From an uncultured delta proteobacterium (GTDB taxonomy: Bacteria > Myxococcota_A > Polyangia > Fen-1088), in contig CAWKJE010000073.1 in assembly GCA_963849735.1 (NCBI GenBank), positions 166,859 through 230,858 on the forward strand: a stretch of 64,000 bases of DNA, in the 5' to 3' direction. This document shows positions 1 to 10,935 of the stretch, in pieces. Every line of letters starts with the position of its first letter. Position 1 is the first letter of the stretch. A program made the translations under genes and the position numbers. The notes beneath the pieces were generated by a model. It was not told the origin of the DNA and searched no databases. It saw only the letters and a list, made by a program, of their open reading frames with translations.

Positions 1-2
1 AT

Positions 3-1364
3 CGGACCGAGGTAACCGGCCCCCTGCCTGACGCGGATGGCAGGATAGACGGCGACATTGTAATCCGGGGCGAAGGCGATCCGTCGCTGCGCGCACGCCA
101 CCTCGATGACATGGCGCAAAGCCTTGCCGCCCAAGGTGTGACGACCATTGCCGGCTCGATTCTGGCCGACCCGCGTCCCATCGGCTCCGCCGAAGAGGGC
201 GGCCGGCCCTCGTTGCGGGTGGGCTCGGCCTTCATCGAGGTGCAGGTTAGGCCGAGCGACAAGATCGGCGGTCGGCCTTTGCTCTCGTTGCGCCCGGCCA
301 CGGATGCCATCACCCTCGTCAACCTGGCGGAGACGCGGGCCAAGGGCCGAAGCCGGCTAGCCGCTACCATCGCCCGGACGGGCAGCCAAATCCAGGTGAT
401 CGTCAAGGGAAGGATCGCCCAGGACCACGGTCCGGTGGTTCTCGAGCGTCCGGCCCCGAGCCATGCCTTGTTCACGGCGATTCTGCTGCGCCAAGCTCTG
501 GTGCAAGCGGGCATATCCGTTTCTGGCAATGCGGGACTCTATGGCGGCCATGCTCCCGTGCCCATGGCCGCCTGCCCACCTTTGAGCGGAGTTGCCCTGG
601 CGCTGGGCTCTGCGCCCGCGGCGGATTCGGCCGCGCTTCTGCCGCGCCAGGCATCGTGCGGGCAAGGCATCCTGGCCCGGCACGCGTCCGAGCCCCTGGC
701 CCTCTTGCTCAGGCGAGTCAACAAGAGCTCCGACAACGAGTGGGCCGAGCGCATGCTCGAAACCGTGGCAGCGGAAGCCAACGGCGGAGCGCCCAGCCCA
801 GACCAGGGTGCCCGCGTCGTGCGCGAGGCGCTAGCGGAGCTCGGGCTCGCCCGTGCGGCTTATTTGCCGGTGAACGGCTCCGGGCTTGGCCACCATAATC
901 GGGTCACCGCCAGTGGCATGATCGCACTTTTGCGCCGTCTGTACTTCGATCCGCGACTTGGTCCGGAGATCATCCAGTCGTTGTCGGTGGGAGGCGTGGA
1001 TGGAACGACTCGCAATCGATTCCGCGGCTCCCCTGCAGCCCATCGCGTCAGAGCAAAGACGGGGACTTTGAACGGGGTGTCCTGCTTGTCCGGCTTCGTG
1101 GGTGATGGATCCGAGATCCTCGCGTTCTCGATCCTGGTCGAGGGTCATCGCCACCGGGCGCTGGCCAGCGTGCGCGCCGCCCAAGTGGGCGCGGTCGACG
1201 CCATGATGCGTTTTGCCGCGAGATCCGCGCCGAAATCCGCCAAGGGGGCGTCCGGGCTGCTCGAGGGAGCTCCGGGTGCCGACTTCGAGACGGGCCACGA
1301 TGCCGAAGATCCCTCTGAAGGCGGCGGCGAGGGTGAGAGCGAAAGCGACGGCAACGGCCGTTAA
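3..1364 (+). CDS. dacB: D-alanyl-D-alanine carboxypeptidase/endopeptidase (PBP4, peptidase S13), 5'-truncated by window edge
   Basis: Frame is open from nt 3 (…GDIVIRGEGDPSL…). It has the SxN motif (KSSDN), 'NGSGL' and KTG (RAKTGTLNGVSCLSGF), all typical of S13. Confidence 0.9.
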   Translation, partial: RTEVTGPLPDADGRIDGDIVIRGEGDPSLRARHLDDMAQSLAAQGVTTIAGSILADPRPIGSAEEGGRPSLRVGSAFIEVQVRPSDKIGGRPLLSLRPATDAITLVNLAETRAKGRSRLAATIARTGSQIQVIVKGRIAQDHGPVVLERPAPSHALFTAILLRQALVQAGISVSGNAGLYGGHAPVPMAACPPLSGVALALGSAPAADSAALLPRQASCGQGILARHASEPLALLLRRVNKSSDNEWAERMLETVAAEANGGAPSPDQGARVVREALAELGLARAAYLPVNGSGLGHHNRVTASGMIALLRRLYFDPRLGPEIIQSLSVGGVDGTTRNRFRGSPAAHRVRAKTGTLNGVSCLSGFVGDGSEILAFSILVEGHRHRALASVRAAQVGAVDAMMRFAARSAPKSAKGASGLLEGAPGADFETGHDAEDPSEGGGEGESESDGNGR

Positions 1365-1470
1365 CGACCCGGCCGATCGGGCCTGCCGCTAATCGAGCCG
1401 GCCGGATCGTGACCAGGCGGGGAGAATGTCCGACTGCGAAAATCGCGCAAAATTTGGCCGGGTAGAGCTC

Positions 1471-1498
1471 TTGTCAAAGTGCAAATCAAGCTTATATT
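1471..1498 (+). promoter_or_regulatory. putative sigma70-type promoter TTGTCA-N16-TATATT
   Basis: Near-consensus hexamers in an AT-rich patch about 65 bp upstream of the ATG at 1563. Confidence 0.45.
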
Positions 1499-1562
1499 GT
1501 CTTCCGATCAGTTAGCAGCAGTTAGCGGAACCAAGCCTCAGCTCAGTTTAGGAGAGAGATCC

Positions 1563-2123
1563 ATGAAGCGGAATGTATTTGTTGTGTTCGGATTGGGAGC
1601 CTTGTTCAGTGCCGGCATCTTTGCGCCTGGCTGCAGCAGCAGCAGCAGCAGCCCCTCCAAAGACAGCGGCTACGACACTGCCAGGGAGGATAGCGCGGGT
1701 GGCACGGGCGGCGCCGCTATCGACGGGCCCGCCGGGCACGGAGGGAGCTTGGATGTCGCCACGGGCGCTGGTGGCTCGGCGGAGCTCGACGCCGCGCCTG
1801 ACACCGCCAAGTCGGATGCGGCTCCGGATCTTGTTGTGCAGCATGATGTGGCCGACGCTCAGCCCGATGTGCCGCTGAACTACCCGGATGGACCCGCTCC
1901 CGATCGGACCGCGGACCTGCCTGGCATGGACATGGCCATGGACATGGCGCCGCCCCAGCTGCTCGATGCGGCCCCGCTGGATGGCGGCCAGGACACGCTC
2001 GCCGTGGTATTCGACGTGGCGCCTGATTCGGAGATTGACACTGGTTCGGGCCAGCTTCTCGATTCCGGCATCGACGGCGTCCTCGACGGCGCCCTCGACG
2101 GCGTCGACGGCGGCCAAGACTGA
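1563..2123 (+). CDS. Asp/Gly/Ala-rich low-complexity putative lipoprotein
   Basis: RBS GGAGAG before the ATG at 1563. Signal peptide MKRNVFVVFGLGALFSAGIFAPG-C is followed by a Ser run, then acidic DAAP/DG repeats. Confidence 0.7.
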   Translation: MKRNVFVVFGLGALFSAGIFAPGCSSSSSSPSKDSGYDTAREDSAGGTGGAAIDGPAGHGGSLDVATGAGGSAELDAAPDTAKSDAAPDLVVQHDVADAQPDVPLNYPDGPAPDRTADLPGMDMAMDMAPPQLLDAAPLDGGQDTLAVVFDVAPDSEIDTGSGQLLDSGIDGVLDGALDGVDGGQD

Positions 2124-2173
2124 GCGAGACCAGAAGAAGCTGCAAGTCGGGAGCATTCCCGGCATTTGATCGC

Positions 2174-2244
2174 GAGCGAAGCCCAGCTACGCTGAGGCTT
2201 CGCTCCGGAGCGGAGGGGACGGCCAGCGCGAGCGAGCCGTCCCC
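2174..2244. terminator. two adjacent GC-rich hairpins (REP-like or bidirectional terminator) between convergent genes
   Basis: GAGCGAAGCC(CAGC)tac(GCTG)a GGCTTCGCTC at 2174-2205; GGGGACGGC…GCCGTCCCC at 2215-2244. Confidence 0.55.
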
Positions 2245-2267
2245 GTCCCCGTTTCCTTTGCTGGAGC

Positions 2268-3470
2268 TTAGGCCGCTGACCTGCGGGGCAGCTTGGCCAC
2301 CGCGGGTCCGGCGGCTGAGCGCAGCTCGGCTGCCTTATTGGTGCGCTCCCACGTGAACTCCCTTTCCGCCCGGCCGAAGTGGCCGTAAGCGGCGGTGGCG
2401 CGGAAGATGGGACGGCGCAGGTTGAGCTCCTGGATGAGAGCCCCCGGCCTGGCATCGAAGGTTTCCCCTACTAGCTGCGCGAGGCGATCGTTGGGCAGCG
2501 TGCCGGTGCCGAAGGTGTCGACCAGCAAGGATACCGGCTTGGCCACGCCGATGGCATACGCCAGCTGTACCTCGCAGCGCTTGGCCAGCTTGGCGGCGAC
2601 GATGTTCTTGGCGATATAGCGGGCGTAGTAGCAGGCCGAGCGGTCCACCTTGGAAGGGTCCTTGCCGGAAAAGGCGCCGCCGCCGTGGCGACCCATGCCG
2701 CCGTAGGTGTCGACGATGATCTTGCGTCCCGTCAGCCCCGAATCGCCCATCGGACCGCCCACCACGAAGCGACCGGTCGGATTGATGAAGTACTTGGTCT
2801 TGGGCTTGACCAGGGAGGCGGGCACCACCTTGTTAATGACCTCGTCCATCACGGCTTCCTTGAGCTTCCTGTAGCTGACGCTATCGCTGTGTTGCGTCGA
2901 GACGACGACGGTGTCGACTCCCAGCACGCGATGATCCTGGTCGTAGCGAATGGTGACCTGGCTCTTGCCGTCGGGGCGCAAGAATTCGACCGTGCCCTTC
3001 TTGCGGACCTCGGCCAAACGCTTCGCCAGCTTGTGGGCCAGCACGATGGGCAGGGGCATGAGCTCGGGCGTCTCGTCGCAGGCGAAGCCGAACATCATCC
3101 CCTGGTCGCCTGCGCCCTGCTCGTTCTGGGTGTAGACACCATGGCCATCGACGCCTTGGGCAATATCGGGTGACTGCTGCTCAACCGCCACCATCACTCC
3201 ACAAGTCTTCCAGTCGAACCCCATCGCCGAATCCTCGTATCCGATGCCCTTGACGACATCGCGCACTATGGCGGGGAAATCGAGACGAGCGCGCGTGGTG
3301 ATCTCTCCGGCAAGCATCACGAAGCCGGTCTTGGTCAGGGTTTCGCAGGCCACGCGGCTTGCCTTGTCTTGCGCTATGCATGCATCGAGGACCGCATCCG
3401 ACACCTGGTCGCACAGCTTGTCGGGATGGCCTTCGGTCACACTCTCTGACGTGAACAGATACTCGGACAT
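2268..3470 (-). CDS. metK: S-adenosylmethionine synthetase
   Basis: [33 protein letters not shown] and [16 protein letters not shown] signatures. Confidence 0.98.
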   Translation of the reverse strand: MSEYLFTSESVTEGHPDKLCDQVSDAVLDACIAQDKASRVACETLTKTGFVMLAGEITTRARLDFPAIVRDVVKGIGYEDSAMGFDWKTCGVMVAVEQQSPDIAQGVDGHGVYTQNEQGAGDQGMMFGFACDETPELMPLPIVLAHKLAKRLAEVRKKGTVEFLRPDGKSQVTIRYDQDHRVLGVDTVVVSTQHSDSVSYRKLKEAVMDEVINKVVPASLVKPKTKYFINPTGRFVVGGPMGDSGLTGRKIIVDTYGGMGRHGGGAFSGKDPSKVDRSACYYARYIAKNIVAAKLAKRCEVQLAYAIGVAKPVSLLVDTFGTGTLPNDRLAQLVGETFDARPGALIQELNLRRPIFRATAAYGHFGRAEREFTWERTNKAAELRSAAGPAVAKLPRRSAA

Positions 3471-3704
3471 TTTGCGGCTCTCCTTTTACGGCTCTCCCAG
3501 TGAATAGTTTGGTTTCGGGGGCGTGGAGTTTCCCAGCCGCGGCGGAATAGGTCAACACTATCCTGCGCTGGACAGGCTTTCTCGCCCCCGCCCACCCTGC
3601 GGGGGCGCCCGGTGCTTGCGTGCCCGGCCCTCCTTGGGTGGGGTGGGGTGAGGCGGGGCGCAAAGACCGGGGCCACCGCGGTTTCAGCGCTATGATGGCA
3701 AAAC

Positions 3705-4247
3705 ATGACGAAGGGAGAGGAATGGACCTGGGATAGCGCGCGGACCACCGCGGCGGCCTTCGTCTCGGCTCTGCTCTGGCTTGGGGTGCCGACCTGCAGC
3801 ACGAGTGGCACGGGACTCGGTCCCGCGCAAGATGGAGGGGCGGGCGGCGGCACCCTGCCCTGCTATGTGGGGACAGTGAACCAAGCCGATTGGCCGGCAG
3901 CCGCTGCGTACACATCCTGTGCCATGTCCTGTGGTCCTGATGCTCTGGGCACACGCACCTGCAGCCAGAGCGATCTGACCTCCTGCCTTGCCCTGCCCGG
4001 CTGCGTGTGCCTGGCTTCGCCTTGTGCCCAGTGCACCACGTGCGCCTTTGCCAACCTACCCAATTGCTATCTGCCCGCCAGCACGGCATCCCCTCCCACC
4101 TGCCCGGCCACGGTCGCCAATGGTGTCGGCTGCAGCCCAGCGTGCGCGAGAACACTGTGCATCGAGGCCGACGGCATAACCGGCTGTGTGTGCAATGCCC
4201 GGGGCGAGTACGCTTGCGCGCCTTGGGGCGGCAGTACCTGGGAGTGA
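3705..4247 (+). CDS. cysteine-rich exported protein / lipoprotein
   Basis: Hydrophobic leader AAAFVSALLWLGVPT-C, a Gly-rich linker, then 18 further Cys. Start codon uncertain. Confidence 0.6.
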   Translation: MTKGEEWTWDSARTTAAAFVSALLWLGVPTCSTSGTGLGPAQDGGAGGGTLPCYVGTVNQADWPAAAAYTSCAMSCGPDALGTRTCSQSDLTSCLALPGCVCLASPCAQCTTCAFANLPNCYLPASTASPPTCPATVANGVGCSPACARTLCIEADGITGCVCNARGEYACAPWGGSTWE

Positions 4248-4386
4248 GCCCTTCCTGTCCTGGGCAAGGCGGGCGAGCGCAGCCCAGCGCAGCCTGGCCG
4301 TCGACTAGATCGACTAGGTCGACGCCGTGGGGCGCCGGCCTGCCTTGGCTTGCTTTAGCCGCCGCCGACCGCCATAGTGAAGTGCT

Positions 4387-4980
4387 ATGCGTCGAGCGGA
4401 ACTCGAACGAAGCACCAAAGAAACTCAGATAAGGGTAGCCATCGACCTCGATGGCAGCGGTCGCACCGAGATCGCCACGCCGCTGCCCTTCTTCGACCAC
4501 ATGCTCGACGCCTTGGGTCGCCATAGCCTCATCGATCTGAAGATCGAAGCGCGGGGCGACGTGCAGGTCGATGGTCACCATACTGTCGAGGATACCGGCC
4601 TCTGCCTCGGGCAGGCGGTGCGGCAAGCGCTCGCTGATCGGAGAGGGATTCGCCGCTACGGCGAGTCGTCGTTGCCCATGGACGAGGCGCTGGCGCGCGT
4701 GGCCATCGATCTCGGGGGACGGTCGGCTTTCGTTTACCAGGCCGGGCTGCTCAAAGGCCGCCGGGTCGGCAGCTTCGATGCCGAGCTGGCGCGCGAGTTC
4801 TTTGCCGGCTTCGCCGCGTCGGCCTTGTGCAACCTCCACATGGAAGTGCCCTACGGGGAGAACGCCCACCACATCTTGGAGGCCCTTTTCAAGGCTTTCG
4901 CTCGTGCTCTGCGCAGTGCGGTTGCCGTCGATCCGCGTGAGCCCAATGTGCCGTCCACCAAAGGGACGCTCACGGCCTAG
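4387..4980 (+). CDS. hisB: imidazoleglycerol-phosphate dehydratase
   Basis: FFDHML, DGHHTVEDTG, NAHHILEALFKA, PSTKG. Confidence 0.97.
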   Translation: MRRAELERSTKETQIRVAIDLDGSGRTEIATPLPFFDHMLDALGRHSLIDLKIEARGDVQVDGHHTVEDTGLCLGQAVRQALADRRGIRRYGESSLPMDEALARVAIDLGGRSAFVYQAGLLKGRRVGSFDAELAREFFAGFAASALCNLHMEVPYGENAHHILEALFKAFARALRSAVAVDPREPNVPSTKGTLTA

Positions 4981-5004
4981 CGCCCGCCCTCTGGGGGATG
5001 ACCC

Positions 5005-5637
5005 ATGAATAGGCCCCGCATCGCCATTGTCGATACTGGCAGTGGTAATCTGCGCAGCGTCGAGAAGGCGCTCACTCTGGCCGGCGCCACGGCCTTCGTC
5101 ACCGCGGATGGCGACCAGGTCTTGGCCGCCGACAAGGTGGTGGTTCCCGGCCAGGGCGCCTTTGGCGCATGCATGGCCGGTCTCGCGCGCGGTGGTGGCG
5201 TGCTGCGCGAGGCGATACTGGCGGCGCTGCGCGCGGGCAAGCCCTATCTCGGCATCTGCCTGGGCTTGCAAGTGCTCTTCGATAGCAGCGAGGAAGATCC
5301 TGGGTGCACCGGCCTCGGCGTGGTGTCGGGTCGGGTGGAGAGGTTCGTGCTCGCCCCGCCCCTCAAGGTTCCCCACATGGGCTGGAACTGCTGCCAGCGC
5401 AACCCGGCCCGGGCCTTGCCCGACATTCTGGCCACCATTCCCGACGAGACTTACTTCTACTTCGTCCACAGCTACTATCCCGCGCCTCTCGATCCGCGCG
5501 ACGTCGTGCTACGCGCGGAGCACGGCCACAGCTTTTGCGCCGCGATTGCCCGCGACAACATCTTTGCCTGCCAGTTCCACCCCGAGAAGAGCCAGCGGGC
5601 AGGGTTGGCCTTGCTTTCGCGCTTTGTCTCGCTCTAG
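5005..5637 (+). CDS. hisH: imidazole glycerol phosphate synthase, glutamine amidotransferase subunit
   Basis: GNLRSV, PGQG, GICLGLQ, VPHMGWN, YFVHSY, QFHPEKS. Confidence 0.97.
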   Translation: MNRPRIAIVDTGSGNLRSVEKALTLAGATAFVTADGDQVLAADKVVVPGQGAFGACMAGLARGGGVLREAILAALRAGKPYLGICLGLQVLFDSSEEDPGCTGLGVVSGRVERFVLAPPLKVPHMGWNCCQRNPARALPDILATIPDETYFYFVHSYYPAPLDPRDVVLRAEHGHSFCAAIARDNIFACQFHPEKSQRAGLALLSRFVSL

Positions 5638-5650
5638 ATGACCCACGACC

Positions 5651-6385
5651 ATGCAAGTCTTCCCCGCGATCGATCTCCTCGAAGGTAGGGCAGTCAGGCT
5701 CGAGCAAGGGCGGCCCGAGAGCGCCAAGATCTACTCCCACGCCCCTTGGGAGCTCGCCGCCGGTTTTGTCGCTGCCGGTGCCCCCCGCATCCATGTCGTC
5801 GATCTGGATGCCGCTCTTTCCGGGGGGGCGAGGCACAACCGTCCCGTCATCGCGCGGATTCTCGCGGCGGCGGCGGGGACCGAGCTAGAGGTGGGCGGTG
5901 GCATTCGTAGCCTCGCTGACTGCGCGGCCGTGCTGGCCCTCGGTGCCCACTACGTGGTTATGGGTACCGCCGCAATCAAGAGCCCCGCCACGGTCAGCGA
6001 AGCTTGCGTGCTCTACCCGGGGCGTGTCGTGGTGGCTGTCGATGCCCGCGCGGGCTTGGTCGCGGTCGAAGGCTGGCAAGAAGCCACCGCTGTCGACGCG
6101 TTGCAAGTCGGTCGGCAGATGGCGGTAGCCGGCGCGGCGGCGGTGCTCTACACCGACATCGGGCGCGATGGCATGCGCACCGGCCCCAACCTCCAGGCCA
6201 CCGCCCGGCTGTCCACGACGATCCATCCCTGTCCCGTGATCGCTTCGGGGGGTATGGCCAGCCTAGACGATCTCCACCAGGTGCGGCAAACCGGCGCCGC
6301 GGCGGTCGTGATCGGCAAGGCCCTCTACGAGGGTGCCTTCACCCTGGCGGAAGCTATCGCCCTGGCCGGGAATGGCGTGGATTAG
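5651..6385 (+). CDS. hisA: ProFAR isomerase
   Basis: PAIDL…[33 protein letters not shown]. Confidence 0.96.
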   Translation: MQVFPAIDLLEGRAVRLEQGRPESAKIYSHAPWELAAGFVAAGAPRIHVVDLDAALSGGARHNRPVIARILAAAAGTELEVGGGIRSLADCAAVLALGAHYVVMGTAAIKSPATVSEACVLYPGRVVVAVDARAGLVAVEGWQEATAVDALQVGRQMAVAGAAAVLYTDIGRDGMRTGPNLQATARLSTTIHPCPVIASGGMASLDDLHQVRQTGAAAVVIGKALYEGAFTLAEAIALAGNGVD

Positions 6386-6388
6386 GCC

Positions 6389-7153
<765 letters not shown>

Positions 7154-7163
7154 GGGCTCGCCC

Positions 7164-7273
7164 ACCCGCCTTCGAGCATCGGCGTACCCGCCCTCGAGCG
7201 TCAGCCCACCCGCCTTCGAGCATCAGCGTACCCGCCTTCGAGCATAAGCGTACCCGCCCTAGAGCATCACGGT
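7164..7273. repeat. 22-bp tandem repeat x5 (consensus ACCCGCCTTCGAGCATCAGCGT)
   Basis: Units start at 7164, 7186, 7208, 7230 and 7252. There are no spacers, and the last copy overlaps the argH stop. Confidence 0.9.
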
Positions 7274-8694
7274 AGCTCGTAACCCAGGCCCTTGAGCTCG
7301 GCGGCCAGGCGCTGGACCTCGAGCATGACCTGAGCGGGGGCGGGTCCCCCGGGGAGCGCCCGTCCCGCAACCGCGCGGGCGGGGCTCAGCACTTGCAGCG
7401 CCGCGATGTGCAGCTCGGGCGCTACCCGAGCCAGCTCGGCTTCGGGCAGGTCGCGCAAGGAAACGCCAAGCTGCTCGGCGTGGCGCACCAGCTTGCCCAC
7501 GATCTCGTGGGCGTGGCGGAACGGGACGCCTTCGCGCACCAGGTGCTCCGCCAGATCAGTCGCTCCCAAGGCTGGATCGTTCGCGGCGGATCGCATGCGC
7601 TCGCCATCGAACTCCAGCTTTTCGAGCAGGCGGGGCAAAACCTCGAGCACCAGGCGAGTGTTGTCCACGGCGTCGTAGAACGGCTCCTGCGTCTCTTGCA
7701 AGTCCTTGTTGTAGGCGAGGGCCAGCCCCTTGACCACGGTGAGCAAGGCCACCACGTCACCGATCAGGCGTCCCGGTTTGGCCCGCATCAGCTCCGCGAT
7801 ATCGGGATTGCGCTTCTGCGGCATGAGCGAGCTGCCCGAACAGTGTCCTTCACCCAAGCGCACGAAGCCGAATTCGGTCGTGGACCATAGCACTAGCTCC
7901 TCTCCCAGCCGCGACAGGTGCACGCCCAGGAGCGCACATGCGAAGGCAATCTCCGCGCAAAAATCCCTGTCCGAAACCGCATCCAAGCTGTTGCGCGCGG
8001 GAGCGGTGAAGCCCAGGTCGGCGCTGGTTCGTTCCCGATCGATGGGCAGCGACGTGCCCGCCAGGGCGCCCGCGCCCAGCGGGCAGATAGCCGCTCGTCG
8101 GGCTGCGTCCAGAAATCTACTCCGGTCGCGGCCGAGCATCTCCGCATAGGCGAGCAAGTGGTGACCCAGGGTTACTGCCTGGGCGCGTTGCAGGTGGGTA
8201 TACCCGGGCAGCAACGTCGACGCATGCTCGCGTGCGCGGCGGCACAGGACCACGCGCGCGCGGTCTATACCCGTGACGATGGCAGTTATCGCAGCCAGGG
8301 CGTGAAGCCGGAGATCGGTCGCCACCTGATCGTTGCGACTGCGGGCCGTGTGCAAGCGACGCCCGGCATCTCCGATGAGCTCGATGAGCCGGCTTTCGAC
8401 GTTCATGTGTACGTCCTCGAGCGCCGGATCGAACGGCCGCTCGCCACGTTCGAGCTCGCCCGCCACCTGCTCCAACCCGGTCACGATTTGTTCCGACTCT
8501 TGCGCCGAAATCAGTCCCACCGCGGCCAACATGCGGGCATGGGCCTGGCTGCCTCGTATGTCATCGCGCAGCAGGCGCCAATCGAAGCCGACGCTCGTGT
8601 TGAGCGCCGCCGCCGCCTCATCCATGGCCGCCTGAAAGCGAGTGCCGCGTCCCCCGGCTTTGGGAGGGACTTTGCTCTTTTCCTCGTTGCTCAT
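7267..8694 (-). CDS. argH: argininosuccinate lyase
   Basis: EDVHMNVE, HTARSRNDQVATD, PGYTHLQRAQ, GSSLMPQKRNPD, YNKDLQE. Confidence 0.97.
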   Translation of the reverse strand: MSNEEKSKVPPKAGGRGTRFQAAMDEAAAALNTSVGFDWRLLRDDIRGSQAHARMLAAVGLISAQESEQIVTGLEQVAGELERGERPFDPALEDVHMNVESRLIELIGDAGRRLHTARSRNDQVATDLRLHALAAITAIVTGIDRARVVLCRRAREHASTLLPGYTHLQRAQAVTLGHHLLAYAEMLGRDRSRFLDAARRAAICPLGAGALAGTSLPIDRERTSADLGFTAPARNSLDAVSDRDFCAEIAFACALLGVHLSRLGEELVLWSTTEFGFVRLGEGHCSGSSLMPQKRNPDIAELMRAKPGRLIGDVVALLTVVKGLALAYNKDLQETQEPFYDAVDNTRLVLEVLPRLLEKLEFDGERMRSAANDPALGATDLAEHLVREGVPFRHAHEIVGKLVRHAEQLGVSLRDLPEAELARVAPELHIAALQVLSPARAVAGRALPGGPAPAQVMLEVQRLAAELKGLGYELP

Positions 8695-8809
8695 CGCGAT
8701 GACACTAGCAGGCCGTGACCGCCGACCAAATCCGTTTCTCTCCTGTCCTATAGAACCCCCGCGGTCGCCGACTACGCTAGCCGGCCGGCCAGGGTTTGTC
8801 GGCCGGCTC

Positions 8810-10894
8810 TCAGTCGACCCTGGTCAGGCAAACGCCGCTCTCGATCATGGCCATCGGAGCCATGGGTACCCGTCCACCCGTGCTCGTGAGAGCGGTTCGC
8901 GCTGCCTGGGCGATATCGACGTCAGCGCTCCGGCCCAGCCGCCCCAGGAGCCGCTTGGCTCGGATCGTGCCCAGCTGACCGAGTGCGGCAATGGCGGGGA
9001 CCAGCACCACCGCCGGGGGCGACTTCTTGCCGAAGAGTCGCCCAAGGGGCCCGATGGGAGTGGCCAACCGACACAGCGCCGCCTCTGCATCCTCGATGGG
9101 CAGGGCGCCCGCTTCCCGCCGTCGCACCACCACCTCGATGCCCGCGCGCACCACCTGCGGCGGAGCTCCGCGCGCGTCCCGCGCCACCAATTGGATGGCG
9201 CGCGGAATGATCTTGTCGCTGCCCACGCCCGTGCTCGCGCACAGGAGCAGTGCCCGGATGCGCACGTTTTCGTCCCGATCCTCGAGGGCGGCGGCGACGT
9301 GAGGCTCGGCGGCCGCGCGCGAGGCCGCGGTCAGGGCCGTGAGGGCGTCCCGCCGCACGCGCGGCGATGCGTGCTTGAGGTGGCGGATCAGGGTGTTGGC
9401 CGCGCTCGCGGGCGCCTTGCCGGACACGCAAGCGATGAGCAGGCGAGCAGTATCCTCCTTCGCGATCTCTTGCTCCAGGGCGCGCAACGCCGCCGCTACC
9501 CCACGGGCCTTCATCTCGGCCAGAAGCCAAGCTCCGCCCTGGCATCTCCTGTCGCTCTTGTCGTTCTTGTCATTCTTGTTATCCGCATCCGGCGTGCCAA
9601 CCACCACCATTGCCACCGAGTCCGCCGCCGTGTCTCCCCCTTGGCTGAGCAGCGTCAGCAGAGCACGGCGTTCGTCGGCCGCCTGCGGGAAACCATCCAG
9701 CAGCGCTTCCACCGTGGCGACGTCGAATACCCCCGGCACCGCCTTCGCATCGACCATCTTGATGCGCTCGAGGATCCCGGTGGCCTCTACCGGCATGCCA
9801 CGTATGAACGCGTATCTTGCCGCCTTCTGCAGGATGCGCAGCGGATCGCTGCCCGGGCCACCTTTGGGCGGGGTTGGGTTGGGGTGGGCGCGCATGCCCT
9901 CGACCCAAGTCTCGGCCAACACCCATTCCTGCAGCTCGACCGGCAGCCTAGTGATGGGCAGGATCTTTCTCCGACAGAGAGTGCGGAGGGCTTCGTCGAC
10001 CTGGCGCGATGAGGACGTCTTGAGCAGTCGCTCGGCCACGGCACGCAGCACGGTGGCGCCAGGCTCGGCCGGGAGATCATCGCCCGTGGCTTCGCGCAGG
10101 ATCAGCGTAGTCGTTCCGTGCAGGGCGTAGGCTGGCAGCCCCTGCACCATGAGGTCGAGCGCGCGCAGGGACCCGAGCGAGGGCAGGCTCGCCACGAGCT
10201 TGTCCACGATGTCGGCGCGGCAGAGCAAGGTCCGGATCAGGTCGAACTTGCGGAAATAGGGATATGCCATGCCGCTCGTCAGCCGTTCGCTGTCGGCGAG
10301 CAAGTGCTGGGGCGAAGCCCCGCGTTTCACCGCGGCCCTGATGTCATGCCCGAGGCGAGCGTAAGCCACGCGGGCCTGCCAAGGCAGGGTGGGCTCGGCC
10401 GGCGGTTGCTCGGCTTCGCTGACCGCCGCGATATGCTGGACTCCCTTGGCCGCGAGGGCCTCCAATCGTCGCGTGGCTTCGGCAGCCCGCGATTTTTCCG
10501 CGGGTGGCGCGCTCATGATGTCGAGAAACGCTACCCACTCCGTTTCGGCCAGGCCGCGCGCGAAGGCCAGCGCGACCAGGCCGCGCTGTTCCAGGATCTC
10601 GGACAGCTGCAAGATGAAGGCTCCCCCGATGGAAGGGCCGACGATCCGTCTCAGCTCCACCCGCTGCGGCGACGTCCCGTCCACCCACACCTCCGCGGGA
10701 CCGCCCGCTACCGCCGGCGGTCCGATCACGAAGCCCAGCTCGGGCTGGTTGCGCAGGAGCCGGACCAGATCCTTGAAGAGCCGCGACCGGACGCGAGCAA
10801 AGTTGGCTTGCGCGGGGTCGAAGCGGCCCACCCGCCCAAGCGCGCGGACCAGAGCCACCGTGAACTCGACCACCTGATCCGCAAGTGTGTTCAT
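8810..10894 (-). CDS. HEAT-repeat-containing hypothetical protein
   Basis: 694-aa helical protein with C-terminal HEAT/PBS-like units (LKHASPRVRRDALTAL, LEDRDENVRIRAL, AIAALGQLG). Co-oriented with the Fic gene and argH. Confidence 0.7.
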   Translation of the reverse strand: MNTLADQVVEFTVALVRALGRVGRFDPAQANFARVRSRLFKDLVRLLRNQPELGFVIGPPAVAGGPAEVWVDGTSPQRVELRRIVGPSIGGAFILQLSEILEQRGLVALAFARGLAETEWVAFLDIMSAPPAEKSRAAEATRRLEALAAKGVQHIAAVSEAEQPPAEPTLPWQARVAYARLGHDIRAAVKRGASPQHLLADSERLTSGMAYPYFRKFDLIRTLLCRADIVDKLVASLPSLGSLRALDLMVQGLPAYALHGTTTLILREATGDDLPAEPGATVLRAVAERLLKTSSSRQVDEALRTLCRRKILPITRLPVELQEWVLAETWVEGMRAHPNPTPPKGGPGSDPLRILQKAARYAFIRGMPVEATGILERIKMVDAKAVPGVFDVATVEALLDGFPQAADERRALLTLLSQGGDTAADSVAMVVVGTPDADNKNDKNDKSDRRCQGGAWLLAEMKARGVAAALRALEQEIAKEDTARLLIACVSGKAPASAANTLIRHLKHASPRVRRDALTALTAASRAAAEPHVAAALEDRDENVRIRALLLCASTGVGSDKIIPRAIQLVARDARGAPPQVVRAGIEVVVRRREAGALPIEDAEAALCRLATPIGPLGRLFGKKSPPAVVLVPAIAALGQLGTIRAKRLLGRLGRSADVDIAQAARTALTSTGGRVPMAPMAMIESGVCLTRVD

Positions 10895-10935
10895 CGATCT
10901 TCAGGCTGCTCAGGTCGCTCGGGCTGGCTATGAGC

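Noticed and set aside
3471..3700. SAM riboswitch upstream of metK
   Set aside because: No SAM-I/II core recognised. Only a possible TTGACC-N17-GAAACT promoter and a GGAGAGCCG direct repeat at the RBS were seen. An Infernal/Rfam scan would be decisive.
3181..5469. 762-aa minus-strand ORF
   Set aside because: Antisense shadow of hisB/hisH and the Cys-rich gene in GC-rich DNA; no recognisable motifs
7164..7273. CRISPR array (also 55624-55691)
   Set aside because: Repeats are contiguous with no unique spacers, and no cas genes are present
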